From assembly GCF_009914755.1 (NCBI RefSeq), contig NC_060939.1: 64,000 nt of DNA; one strand, written 5' to 3'. Under the pieces are notes generated by a model. That model ran no database searches. It was given only the letters and a program-made list of their open reading frames with translations, and had not been told where the DNA came from. Source of the DNA: the human T2T-CHM13v2.0 reference genome, Homo sapiens. Every line of letters starts with the position of its first letter. The first letter of the stretch is position 1. Positions 44,491 to 64,000 of this stretch are shown one piece after another. The translations under genes and the position numbers were made by a program.

Positions 44491-45896
44491 GTTATGTCTT
44501 TCCTTCAAGAGGAATTAAAGATAAAATTGTCATCTTATGTAAATGTGATTTCACTTTAGTTTTAGTGAAAAAAGAAGTGTATTTGTTCACTTGCAGATTA
44601 AATCCTCATCTGTCTAAGTTCATGAAGTGATCTGGAATAATCAGCATGTACAGTCATTAAGTAAGCATCAACTGTATAGATGCCTGCTGTCTATCTATGT
44701 ATCTATCCATCCATCCAGTTAACAACTACTGTGTGCCACACACTGCTGGGCACTGGGAATGATGGTAGCGGGGAACAAAGCAGATAGTAATCAGCAAGGA
44801 TGTGTAAAAAGTACCCACTGTGTATCCAGCATTTGTTGAGAACAAAGAAATTTAATTACAAGAAAATGGGGCCCTACTAGTGAGGAAACAGTTGTGAGTG
44901 TTAAGTTATTTAGGCTATAGTTAAACTAACCATGGATGTTACTTCTTGAAGGGGCAATAGTTACTAATACTGAGATGAAGGAGACCAGAGGTGAGAATGT
45001 TGACCGAAGATTCAAATGTCAGGTTGGAAGGTGAATTTGAAGAAGCAAAGAAAAGAGGCAAGAACACAAGAACAGAGGAGAAAGTCCTGTAACAGTCCCA
45101 CACTTCATTTACAACCACAGTGGCACTGTTGAGCAGTGAGTAAAGGTCAGTGTCTTCACTAAGTTAGGGAAAAAATTTTTTAGGCTTTGTGGGCGCCGAA
45201 TCCTGTTTCCTGCCTTACTTTTCTCCCTGGCACATATCACTAATACATTGTACTCTATACTAAAGGAAAATAATACTCTGCTATTCCTGGCTTGTATGTC
45301 TAATACAATGGAGATGAAAATGCTATCAAACCAACTTCCAATGGTACATTTTCCCAAATTTAAAAAATAAAACTTAAATGAAAAAAAAAATCAGCTAGAA
45401 GATGGAAAAGAACAAAGTAATGGTGATGACCTTGCCCAGGTATACCTGAAAACACTATATTATTATGTAACAATTGTTGAACCTGATATACTGGTTAAAA
45501 AACAATGACAAAAATAAAATCAGTAAAAAAACTTCATGGAATAGAATGGATTGCACTATCAGAAATATACTAAAATCAGAAAAGCATATGATGAATTATT
45601 AGGAAAAACATTCACAGAAAATGTAATTAACAGTAGAGGCATAATAATACTATTATTCATCAGCAAGAAATGAAGGATGGGTAGAGCTAGGAATTTTAAA
45701 TGCTATAAATACATGTATTTCAAATCTTAACAGCAAGTTTTCCAATTCTCTGATATTCCCTATGATTCTACCAGAATCTCTCAGATACTCCCAATGGCCA
45801 AAAAACATCCAATATCCTACATTTGTTACTACAAGAAATTGTTACTACATGTAGCACTGAAATATTATCTGGGAGTAGCCTAGATACATAATTAGA

Positions 45897-46860
45897 CATT
45901 CATTCATTCCATTATTCACTCACTTACTTACTCAGTTAGCCACTCATTCACCCATTCACTGACCTGTTATTCCCCCATTTGGATACTCACTCATTCATTC
46001 TTCATTTACTCACCCATCTATTCCTTTACTTATCCCCAGGACAAAAATTATTGAATACACTTAATGTCCAAATCACTAGGGAAGTACTAAAAAACAAAGC
46101 ATAACCTTTCCCCTGAAGGACAAACAGAATTTTATCAGAGGAAAAGAAGCCTTCTCAGATGGAGGAACAGCACAAGTACAGATAGGACATTTGTTCAGAC
46201 ACTAGTATATTAGAGAAACAGAAATAAAAATCTAGTCGAAACATGGTTTGGGGTCAGGTCATGGTGGGTCAGAAATGCCACTAAGACAGGTCAAGTTTAT
46301 TTCACGGGCTGATGATCTGACCTTCAGTCACTCACATATCATTTTCATGATTTCTGCTATATCTGCATATTATTATTTAATACTTATTTAAATGCACAAA
46401 CATTTTTAACTCAATAAAACTTTAAAATCTCATCATGGTAAAGGCTTTATCACTTGACATACACAGGCAATACACACAAATACACATTAAAATAAATATG
46501 ACAACTAATTATATTAAAACTTGTTTCCCTAAGTACCACTGAAATCATCGCCAACACTTTACACTTGAATCAAAACTGCTCAAGACAGTGAGGATCATTA
46601 AGGGTTTTTGAGCAAGAGACATATCTTCATAGCTGAGTCTTATAAAGATCACTCTAAAGAAAGAATGGCAAGTGGATCAGTGGAACTAAAGATGGGGCAG
46701 GAGAACCAGCTAGGAGGTTGCTGCAACAATATCCACAAGAGATGATCAGAATCTAAACTAGTGGGGAAAGCAGCAGAGACAGAAGGAGGGGAACACACAT
46801 AAAAAACAGGAAATGTAGAAGACACAGATTCCCCAAGACTCTGGAACTTGAGGAATATCC
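45897..46860 (-). mobile_element. L2 fragment with expanded (CATT)-like tail, interrupted by an AT-rich DNA-transposon-like insert (about 46320-46580)
   Basis: cattcattca repeats, then L2 motifs (gggtttttgagcaag, aaagatcactct, ccagctaggaggttgctgc). Confidence 0.55.
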
Positions 46861-47278
46861 CTCTCCTACACCTATCACACCTGTGCACACATAATACACA
46901 CAGGGAAGCAGAGATCCTCATACATTCATAATCTCTACTGAGGTAGGCAGAATTAGATGAGACAAGGCAGACTTAGATTAGAACTTGCCTGACATGTTTA
47001 ATAAAAGTTAATTGTTGCTACTACTGCTAACATACTCTTCAAACTTACATCACTTCAATTCAATATTCCAGAGCTGATTTCAACAACTTTCTCCTACAGA
47101 GGTATCACAAAAGGATATACTACTGTATAAATTGTATGTTACCCTGGGGGTTGGCTTGATATGAATTCTGGGTTGAGGAGGAAAAGCATTATCCGTGCCC
47201 CCCCTACCCACAGCCCAACTGCATCCCACCAGACATACACCATATTCCTAGCCCAGCCCAACTTTCCCCTTTCCCTTA

Positions 47279-47455
<177 letters not shown>

Positions 47456-48139
47456 TTAAAATGTTTAGAACATGGATGGCATCATCAAAATACACCAGAA
47501 GTCCATAACTTTTTCCAACTATGATAAAAATTTTAATTAGAAAAGGGTAAGATTGCTAGGAAAGAATAGCAGAGCAAGAGCAAACAGTTGGCAGAAATAA
47601 GAAAAGAAAAGCAAGCAAATTTGACAGGGTGAGGGATCTCATATGAAAGCTAAAGCTATGCAATGAGGTTAACCACCTACCATAAGCACTAATACATTTT
47701 TCACTGTATCAAGTATAGAAAATAGAATTGAGGAATGTTACCAAAGGCCAACAATCAACAAGGTAGCTTGTTAATAAGATACATAAAAATCAATAGCTTT
47801 CCCAATCCCCCACAATAACAAGTTAGAAAATAAAATGGACAAAAATACTGTATTATGATATTAACAAATTCTTAGAAATAAATTAAGATTCAATACTATT
47901 AAGATACCAATTCTCCCTAAATACACAAATTTTAATGCAATTTCATATTAACATATGAACATTTTCCTTAACCTATACTGGAGGTAAAAAAACATTGATT
48001 AATGAATTTTTTTAAAACAATTCCATCACCTCACGTTAAAATAATTTATATATAAAGAATTCAACAGTAAAATACAAACAAGAAAAAAGAAAACCACAGG
48101 AAGTAAGAATCAAACATGTATCAGAAGTCTTGCCAGTGG

Positions 48140-49210
<1,071 letters not shown>

Positions 49211-49404
49211 ACAAAACCAATAGAACTGGAGGAAAAGAATTAGAGATAAGAAAATACGTGGAGACAAATTTCATGGAACCTACAAAGCCCAGAATGGGAG
49301 CTTCTTTTCTCACGAGGAGCATGTGTACAAGTCGCTGGTCTCACCCTACTGCCTGAGCAAAATGGCTGTAACAAGAAAACCTTTGGGGTGAGGGTGGGAG
49401 GCAA

Positions 49405-49499
49405 AACTGGTGAAATCGTCATTTGTGAAACTGTTCATCTGTGGAAGTGGACATTTGGCAAATTGGCCATTTAGCAAACTAGCGTTCAGCAAACTGGTC
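49405..49499. repeat. Degenerate 15-16 bp tandem repeat, 6 units
   Basis: aactggtgaaatcgtc, atttgtgaaactgttc, atctgtggaagtggac, atttggcaaattggcc, atttagcaaactagc, gttcagcaaactggtc. Confidence 0.6.
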
Positions 49500-49526
49500 T
49501 AGAGCAGCCTGGATGGAGGACAGTCA

Positions 49527-50305
<779 letters not shown>

Positions 50306-50442
50306 CAAGAACAGCATGGGATATGGGTAGCCACTGACTGCAAATGGCGTTGATCTGAACTTTAGGGTCTGAATGTCGTGCCTCCCGGGCTCCAATTTTT
50401 AATCCTAAAGAAGTCACTATTTTATCAATTTTGTCTTTGTCC
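50306..50442 (-). CDS. EFL1: EFL1 coding exon (~exon 10, 137 nt), followed by a U12-type donor
   Basis: [45 protein letters not shown](A); acceptor ttaccacag, donor TTG|GTATCCTT. Confidence 0.96.
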
Positions 50443-51147
50443 CTGTGGTAAACACAAGATTGGAGAGGGGAAATGTCATATGCAGATATAAACAGGCAGT
50501 GGAACCCAACATTATTTGGCATATTTTTACCCTAATGTGTTACTTTTTCAAAAAAAGCTAAAAATGATTGAAGGGAATCCTGCCGCCACACAAGGGGCCT
50601 CCCCAACCTCTACTCTTACACTTTCAAGTGAATCCTTCTTTAAGATTTCCCAGGAAGTACTTCTCCACCATCTCCTCAAGCAAGCTATACCAAGTGGTAA
50701 AGCAGTCTTACAAATAAGTGCTAACAAGTCATTATTCCATCTCAGGAATAACTTAGAAAGCAAATTTACTAAAGCAAACTTATACCAGAAAAGTTATTTC
50801 TCAACTTCCCCATTAATGATCCTAGCTATCAAGCACCTTTTCTACTTTAATAACTATTTTTTAAAAGTGGGTTTGCATAAACAAAGACCCAATGTTTCTT
50901 TCTATCCTTTCATCTCTTCTCCTCAGCACTCTATAAAATATTGCTATCCTGTCCCTCCAACATCACCCTTTAGCTGGGTTACATAGGCTTCTTTAAATTG
51001 CTTCCAAGCCCTGTAATCAACTCATCTGTAGAAGCTCTGTTCATTTTCTCAGAAAATCTCAGCTTTCTGAAATATGACTCATCAAACTGGAAAGTGAGAC
51101 AAATTATACTGCCTAAAGATGCCTAAAGGTAAACAATAAGAGTCTTA

Positions 51148-51315
<168 letters not shown>

Positions 51316-51964
51316 TCATTTCTACTTGAAAATATTTATTCAAAAATAAAGTAAATGAAAGTAGTTATAAGAATGCACTAAACAGTCAATAATCCACAAT
51401 CAATAATAATCCACTGTTCTTTCCTCTGGGAACCATAGACTTTACAAGTGATATGACCATTTGTGGGTCATATTACCATGACTGCCATCAAACAAATACA
51501 CACAGCACACAAGCCAAGAGCTAAAACTTCACTCTGCACATGCAGGCTCTTTCCATGGACTTCAGTCTAAAATTATGTTACAAGAAACATAAAGCATTCT
51601 TAAACATATTTCTAAAGGTTCACAAGGATAGGAAAATTTTGAAAACCCAAAAAACCCCATCATTACTCTTAACAAACTATGCAAAAAGTTAATAGCAAGA
51701 GCACCTTGAGGGGTATACTCTTCCATACACGAGATGGGATATATTAATAAATTGATACCTCCTTTCTGAAGAACTACTGGCAACAGTATTAAGAAATTAA
51801 AAGTCATTGGCTTAGAATGCTCAGTTTTAAAAAAAAGCATCATGAAGACATAAAACTTATGCACAAAGATGTCTATCATAACTCTACAATATCAAAACAT
51901 TTGAAAAAACTATGTCCAATCTTAAGAGAATGATTCATAAATGATAGTGCTCTCACAAAATAAA

Positions 51965-52140
51965 ATAACAGGGTGCTTACTGAATTATTTCATAGAATCA
52001 TAACTATCCTATGAGATAAGTGCTATTATCTCAATTTTACAGATGAAATAACTGAGATAAAAGTCATAGAGCCAATAAGTGGTGGAGCCAAAATTCAAAC
52101 ACAGAGTCAACTCTCAAGGCATGCTCTTTCCCACTTAGCT
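51965..52140 (-). mobile_element. MIR
   Basis: tcataactatcctatgagataag...ttttacagatgaaataactgag. Confidence 0.7.
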
Positions 52141-52962
52141 ATATTCACTCCCTTTAAAATATATTGTTTATAAAAAAGCTTTTAATGGCAAGGGAAGATG
52201 TTCATGATATGACAAAAGCAAAAGGGCAGCTACGTTGTATAAACAGCATATCTCAACTGAGGGATGTATATATCTATGTAAAAAGGATGAAAGAAATTAC
52301 AAACATCTACTAGCAGTGCTGGCTTTGATTTTTTTGTTTACTGTGGCTTTATACTTGTGAATATTTTCTCAAAGCAATGTATATGATTTTCAATGAGAAT
52401 AAATTTATGAAATCCTGGTTTTAACATTAAAAACACAAAGCTCCAAGAAAAGTATCCTTTGAGGGTATATGACAGCATTCCTACACCACCTCTATCTATA
52501 GAAGGGGTTTCAGGGAGCACCCACCTCTCCCGATCTACACTGCACGATGACCAGCATGCAGTGAGATAAGGCCTCAGCTGACACTAGAAGGACAGTGTGA
52601 ACCATACAGGGATGTCTAGAAGAGACATCTCTTTATGGTGACAGGGACAAACAAATGCACAGCACAAAATGTGTGTCTTCAGGTGCCCAAGATCTAAGAT
52701 TTTTGGTCTTCTGAAAAAAAAAGAAAAGAAAGAAAAGAAAAGGCAGTTCTTTGCTCACTATACTTAAAAGGACTAAGAATTCTGTATGAATAATACCTGT
52801 ATATGGACTTGTAAGCCTTTCCCAATTATATACAGTAAAAAATCCCTCATGAACTCACCTGCATAAATTAAAGCTGAATTACATTTATTAAAGATATTAC
52901 AGTATAGGTTTTCATAGGGCAAGAATATGACCAACAACCAAAAGGGACATATACCACATTAC

Positions 52963-53086
52963 CTGATCACCCTTCATGATCTTTTTAGCCTTCATATTTA
53001 TATAGTAATCTCCCCACAAGGTTTTCATAAGAACTTCCTTTTTGATGCCAATTTTTTGACTGTAGATTCTGGCGAAGTGCTCAATT
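52963..53086 (-). CDS. EFL1: EFL1 coding exon (~exon 8, 124 nt)
   Basis: [41 protein letters not shown]; acceptor cttctttcag, donor CAG|GTAATG. Confidence 0.97.
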
Positions 53087-53129
53087 CTGAAAGAAGACCA
53101 AATGTTCATGTTATTAATAACAACGATTA

Positions 53130-53330
53130 TTGATTTCTGTGACAGGTACTGTTCAAACTTCTTTACACGTGTATTACTAAACTTAATCCAGTATCCTACA
53201 AAATTTCCTCATTTTACAGAAAAGGGTAATGAAGCAGAGATATCACACAGGGAACAAGTGAGGTGGGGATTTAAATCCAAGCGGTCTGGCTCCAAAGCCC
53301 ATGTTCAGGTCTACACCAATATGAATTGTA
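53130..53330 (-). mobile_element. MIR
   Basis: cattttacagaaaagggtaatgaagcagaga...ggtctggctccaaagccc. Confidence 0.7.
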
Positions 53331-56300
53331 CTACATGCTATAGCTTTCTTTCTTAATTTTGCAGGTGTAAAACAAGATAAAATTAGGGACAAGAAAATGC
53401 AAGCTCCAGCTGCCTGTCACAACTATGCCAACAATAAAATTTTATTTCAGCTACTCACTGCTGTTAAGTGACAGCTGCTCACAAATGAAAGAAATTCTTG
53501 AGCCACAACCTGCCAAAACAAGATTTTTATTATCCTAGATTAATGGTAAACATACACACACTGACTTAACTCGCATCAACCCACAGAGAAAAACCACTTA
53601 CCACCGTGGTCTCCAGTCACAGGAAGACAGTCAATCAACAACTAAGGGTCCTATATACAGCATCTGCATTGTCTGGATAAAGGACCTAAGAAATACCTTT
53701 TCTTTAGAGAACAATCTAGTTTAAGGTTTGAGATTAGAATTTTCAAAGTACCAGCATCTTAAAAGATGCCTGCTCAGGAAAAAAAAAAAGGATATCCCCA
53801 GTTTTTTTCCACACCATACTGAAAGCCCAACCTAATGCAATCGCACAAGAAAAGGAAATAAAGGGTATACTGATTAGAAAAGAAGAAATAAAACTATCTT
53901 TGTTCACACGTGACTCTTTAATCACTCTTCCACAAATGAAGACAAGGTGAAAGGCTGAAATCCACTGGTAGAGTTCCTATGCCTCAAAAAGAAAGCAGGC
54001 TCTGCCTTGCTGCCTACTCTGTGGATCCCTAAAAAGATTCAGGCCTCCTCCTGGCTTCCGGTGTTTCAGCACACCCAGAACGGCACACAGAGCCTTACTT
54101 CCAGATGTTAAGTCAGGATACCCTTATCTCTGTGGCTTTTCATTTATAAATACCCAGTTTTGCTAGGCAGGCTGCAACCTGCCATGCAGATTTGCAAATC
54201 CAATTCAGGACCTACAGGCAGGTCCAAGGTCTACACATGGAAAGAAACAATAGGAGGCAACCACTGTGGACTGACTTCCCAGGCACTCTCCAACCTAACC
54301 TTAGAAGGGAGCCCTATTCGTTAGTAGTGATGCTCCCTGGGGCCTCAATAATACAGCTGAAGCTTTGCTCTCCATATTGGCGACTTGGGTCTATTCTTAG
54401 ATGGTTAAAACCAGAGATAATGACTGAGCGATGAATACATGAAACCTGTGACATTTTCTTTCTTTTAAATTTGAATTATTTTTTCACCTGATATAGGACC
54501 AATTTTTGTATATCCTTCACTGACACTTAAATTCTGACTTTAATTATTCTATTCATATGGTTCATGTTCCTGTCTACTAACCTGTGAAAATCGCCCCCAA
54601 ACCATGTGCCTACAGAGTTCTACTTATAGTTCTATTTTTGCCTCATGCACTTTGTTGTTATGATAATTGATAGTTAATCTCTTCACTAGTAAATGTGTCA
54701 ATTATCTATATGAAAATGATCCTTATGCCATAATTCATTTACCATAAATCCTATTTTATTGTTAATATTGCCAAACCTCTCTTTTCATTCACATTTGGTT
54801 GACATAATCTGAGCTAAAGCTTTGGTATTTAGCCTCTGTCCATTATGCTTTAAGTTTATCTCTTTTATGTAGCAAACTTATGGATTTATTTTTTTAATAA
54901 AATTTCCTTTCTAAAAAATATCTCCTTAGTAGGGGATTTCATACATTTATTGGTATAATCATTTATTGGTACAACTGTTTTGATCAGTTAGATTTCTGGT
55001 GTGGTTTCTATTCTTCCAGGATTTTTTTTTAAATGTTGATTTGTGTTACCCAGACTGTATTATACATTATTTTATCTTTTATAATATGTCAGATAAATAT
55101 CCTGCTCTTAATTCTGAAAGTGGTAAACTTAAAGATTTTTATAAATAAACACTCTAAAACCTCTATCAAAATCATAAATTATAGTAAGACATTTGCCCAT
55201 TTGCTTAGGCTAGGCTCTTCTAGTCCACCATATTAAATATTCACACATGTGTACACATACGGGTACACAAATCTTTCAAAAATCTTGTTGCTTATCCTTT
55301 TCATTCTTTTTTATCCCGTAGTTACTACAAAATTTGCTTAACATCAACCCATTCGACATTACTGCTAGTGTTTTTATTTATTTTTGTCATTAGTTACAAT
55401 TTTTAAACACTGACAATTTCTAGCACTTCTCCATTCTTGAATTCTATTTTAATTCATTTCCTCTACAGAGTAACTGCAAGCAAGATTCTAAGAGACCTGC
55501 AGAAAGATTTATATTCCAAGACTACTGATCTATTCATTGCCTATCTTCCTGAATGACAACTCAGTCAAGTATGAAATTACTGAGCCACACACACCCTTTT
55601 GCCCTCCAAGCTACCCAGTAGATTAATGTTAATTACAGAATTCTAATACTCAGTTACACAAAGACAAGTAAATCTATTACAAAGGGCTTTTCATTTCTCT
55701 TCTCTCCTGTCCCTCTTCTATAAGGTTGAGGACTCAGTTCTATGTATCTAAAACAAGAACTTAGATTCTTGATGCTACCCATCCAAGTCAATATGCTTCT
55801 GCTTTTCAGAGCAGACTCTCCCAGATTAACATCAATTAACAGGATAGATTTCGGGAGAAGACCTAGGTTCAGCCTCTAGTCACACTTCTTAATCCTTTCC
55901 CACTGCAGAGTTTATAGAACCATCTTGCAAATTCTGGAATGTGCTCATTTTCCACCTTTTGTGACACATGCAGCTGTCAACTTGGCCTATTCACTGACAT
56001 TTTAGAGGAAAAGGGGAAGGAAAAAGTCTCTGGTGCTTTCATTTCCACCACTACTTTCCCATAAATTCACATATCAACTTGTTGAGAACAGACAGTAGCC
56101 AATCTCTAAATCTGACCTTGTCTAATACAGGGGAACATTCATTTATTGGCTGATAGTATCTAAAAATGTCAAAAGTAAGGGCTATGTAAATTACCCTTAT
56201 TCTATCCATTCAACTTTCTCCCTATTCCCTGTCCTTCCACAATAAACTTCCCCCAATTTGTGTGATTTAGACTAAAATTAGCATAAAACATTGAATTACT

Positions 56301-57640
56301 TATGAAAATCAATGTAAGAAAGGGACAAGCCTCCCATCTTGTGGCTTATTAGCAGAATGCTCACAAATCAGGAAATCAACAAGTATGACCCTATTATACG
56401 ACTGAATGAATCACTGTGAATGAATCTAAAGAAAGTCTTGAAATCATCTTAGCCCAATATTCTTGTTTTTTCAGATAAGTAAACTGAGGCCTAGAAAGGT
56501 GATAATGACAACCCATCAACCATATATGAAAAGTACAAATTCTCAGCAGGTTCACAATTTCTATTTTCATCATATATGCATTACTTCAATTTATTTAGCT
56601 CTAGTATCATCTTTCGGGCATCAAATGGACTAAGATATCTATAATTTATTACAAACAGAAAATTATGATATTATATTACACTGCCCTGCCCAAGACAAAA
56701 TCTGGTCAAAGGGAAATTGGAGAACAAGTTCCTGTAAAAAGGAAAATACATTTTAAAAAACGGAGCCAGAGATTTGTTAGGCTACACCCAAGCCTTGCAT
56801 TCTAGTCAGCTCCTGATCCTTTCTTTCTTTCCAATTCTAAGTCATACTGATATAAATTTCATGAAGAGACTCTGTTTTCTCCTAGTGCATCATTTCTAGT
56901 TCTATGATCCCTGCAAATTACATGCAATATCAAGCCCACAACTAAAGTTAACTACAGTTATGGTCCCACTACTATTTATCCAAACCACAGACATTTTTCT
57001 CAAAGTAATAATCTTTTAACTACATTTGGATTTTTTGATTCCACAAGTCAGAAACTGTTGCAGTTTAAAAAATGTGATCAATTACCTACTCCATTCTGAA
57101 ATCCAATGTCACTGTTAACATGGCCTCAGCATGTGCAAATTCGGGAGAGGCAATAAGAAGAAATAAGGATCCTTATACCCCATAGGGAAGACACCAAGAG
57201 AAGAACCATGTCAAGAAAACACAGGCTTCAGACTCAGGCAGACTTTAATCTTAATATCAACTCTGCCTCTTAGCAGCTGAGTGATGCTGAACAAAAGTTA
57301 CTTAATGTTCTTGAGACTTAGATAATAGATAGTAATATCTGTTTCAAAGGAGTGTTGTCTGAATTTGGTGAAATAATTTAAATAAAGTGAGTAACTCAAT
57401 ATTTAGCATATGTACATCCTCAATAAAGCTAGACTAACTTTTGCTACTGTTGGTATCAAAGTTGATATAAATATATTTGTTCATCTATGTACAAATAACT
57501 TTAAGAAGATAAACAAAAAACTGACATGAAATAAACTGAGCTAAGGAATAAGGTGGGATCCCTTTGTGGTATACATTTGAATTTACTCAAGAATAAAGTT
57601 AAAGTTAAAAATCAATTGTATATAAAATCTATAAAGAAAT

Positions 57641-60368
<2,728 letters not shown>

Positions 60369-60422
60369 AATCAACTGCATATAAAATCTGCAAAGAGATT
60401 TAATCGGATGCAAACAGACTTA

Positions 60423-60638
<216 letters not shown>

Positions 60639-60949
60639 CTAGGAGAGATGGTGAAATGGCAGAGCGTCATTCAGATGCTCAGCATGCTCACGGCAGGAGA
60701 AACACTGTTTAACCTGTGTTAGGGCTAGAATCATTAGTCAGTTTGGGCTCATTAAGCATACATGAATGGAGGTGACATTCATAATCAGTGAATAACTTAG
60801 ATGTATCCATTCTTCCTAAACTCAGCATAACTAAATTATAAGGTTTTTGGAAGGTTATTTTGTGATTATTATTATTAGTTTAATGTAAATGTTAATGTGT
60901 CATATCCTTAATTTGTTTCTCAGTGCTGAGGCCTAGTATCACAAAGTAC

Positions 60950-62210
<1,261 letters not shown>

Positions 62211-62528
62211 TGGGTAAAATTTCCTGTAACGACAGGTAATAAAATACTACAGACAGGTAATAAAATCCTAATATGGCTTCACTTTGGAACCAAGATACAG
62301 TTTTAAACAAGAGAGCCTATTGTCCAAGCTTTATATGATGGGTGATTCCAAGAGATGGAAAAGACTACTGAGAACATGCTTTTTCTATTGCCTCTCTTGT
62401 AGAATAACAGCAACACGTATGAATCTGAAGTGGAAAAGTTCCCTTTTCTGTAGCAACGGCTCATACCCAGCTCAGTAACTTCCTTACAACTCTTCTTCGT
62501 GGCTAAATTTTTTAAATACTAAAAATTA

Positions 62529-62702
<174 letters not shown>

Positions 62703-62885
62703 TCATGATTTGAAATAATTAGAGCACATTAGAAAATCTTGATTAATAACCACTCTAGACTATGCCAGTCAGACAAAGGTATTCATTAGGCATTCACAAA
62801 CTATGTATACAGCGGAGTAGCAAAGAACTACACATAAGAAATCATTGTTGCCTTTATGCAACTGACAGTTAAGAAGGATAAATAA

Positions 62886-63190
62886 GGCCGGGCATGGTGG
62901 GTCACACCTGTATCTCAGCACTCTGGGAGGCTGAGGCAGGTGGACTGCTTGAGGCCAGGAATTCAAGACTAGCCTGGCCAACATGGCAAAATCCCGTCTG
63001 TATTAAAAGTACAGAAATTAGCCAGGCATGGTGGCACATGCCTGTAATCCCAGTTACTCTGGAGGTTGAAGCATGAAAATCACTTGAACCCAGGAGGCGG
63101 AGGTTGCAGTAAGCCAAGATCATGCCACTGCACTAAAGCCTGGGTGACAGAGCAAGACTCTGTCTCAAAACAAACAAAAACAAAAACAAA
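62886..63190 (+). mobile_element. Alu in intron 5
   Basis: Full dimer with A/C-rich tail. Confidence 0.92.
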
Positions 63191-63269
63191 GTATGTTAAA
63201 TTAAAGTCATCATCTCTAAGATCCCTTCAGAACTCTGGTGATTTAACTCCTTCACAGACTGGAACGTTA

Positions 63270-63548
<279 letters not shown>

Positions 63549-63744
63549 TCAGTTGTCCAGGTACACAATGTTCTTCCTCAGGCGTTCTAGAATAAGAAAG
63601 CTGAAAGCTTCTAAGAAAAAACTGAACAAAGCTAAAGGAGTTGAAAGCTCAATCCAGAGCTACCATTCCAACTTTTCCCACTGATGGGACTACTGATTCC
63701 AAATAGCATCTATATAAAATGTTAAAGGACTTTATTATTCTAAT

Positions 63745-63940
63745 AGTTACCACTTAAGAGCTTATTGGGAGCCAGCCACTATGATACTCACTTTTAATGT
63801 GCTAATCACATATTATTGAATCCTTACAATATCCCTATGAGATACATATTACTATTCTCCTTTTACAGGTTAGGAAATTGAAACTGAAAGAAATCAATGC
63901 CTAAGGGCCTGACAGTAAGAGCTGTTCAAAGGGCCAACAA
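63745..63940 (-). mobile_element. MIR
   Basis: aatccttacaatatccctatgag...ttttacaggttaggaaattgaa. Confidence 0.65.
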
Positions 63941-64000
63941 AGCAGTTGGCCAAGTTCTTCCCTACAGTTTGTCAAAGAGCAGTGTATGAATCTGCTCAAT

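Noticed and set aside
50516-50986. 156-aa plus-strand ORF in intron 9
   Set aside because: No recognisable homology; composition typical of AT-rich intron

Overview
Primate (human or great-ape-like, Alu-rich) genomic DNA lying entirely inside one minus-strand gene, EFL1 (EFTUD1, the EF-2-like ribosome-maturation GTPase). I hand-assembled 11 consecutive coding exons (63520 down to 36829; 1506 nt, about residues 82-584) into one uninterrupted reading frame with GT-AG boundaries. They include the G3 (DSPGH), G4 (NKID) and G5 (SA) GTPase motifs and the EFL1-specific domain II insertion. Exon numbers 5-15 and residue numbers come from my memory of the human gene model. Positions 1-36828 are part of one long intron filled with Alu, L1, L2, MIR, MaLR LTR, DNA-transposon fossils and microsatellites. 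I found no evidence of a wholly new biological system. The best-supported unusual feature is a U12-type (minor spliceosome) intron at 49688-50305. Other candidates are sequence-based inferences: poison/cryptic exons, an RNA G-quadruplex over a donor site, a long UG array next to an antisense Alu, inverted Alu pairs around exons, an RTE-clade LINE fossil and several atypical insertion scars. Repeat subfamily names are recognised by eye and need RepeatMasker/Dfam confirmation.
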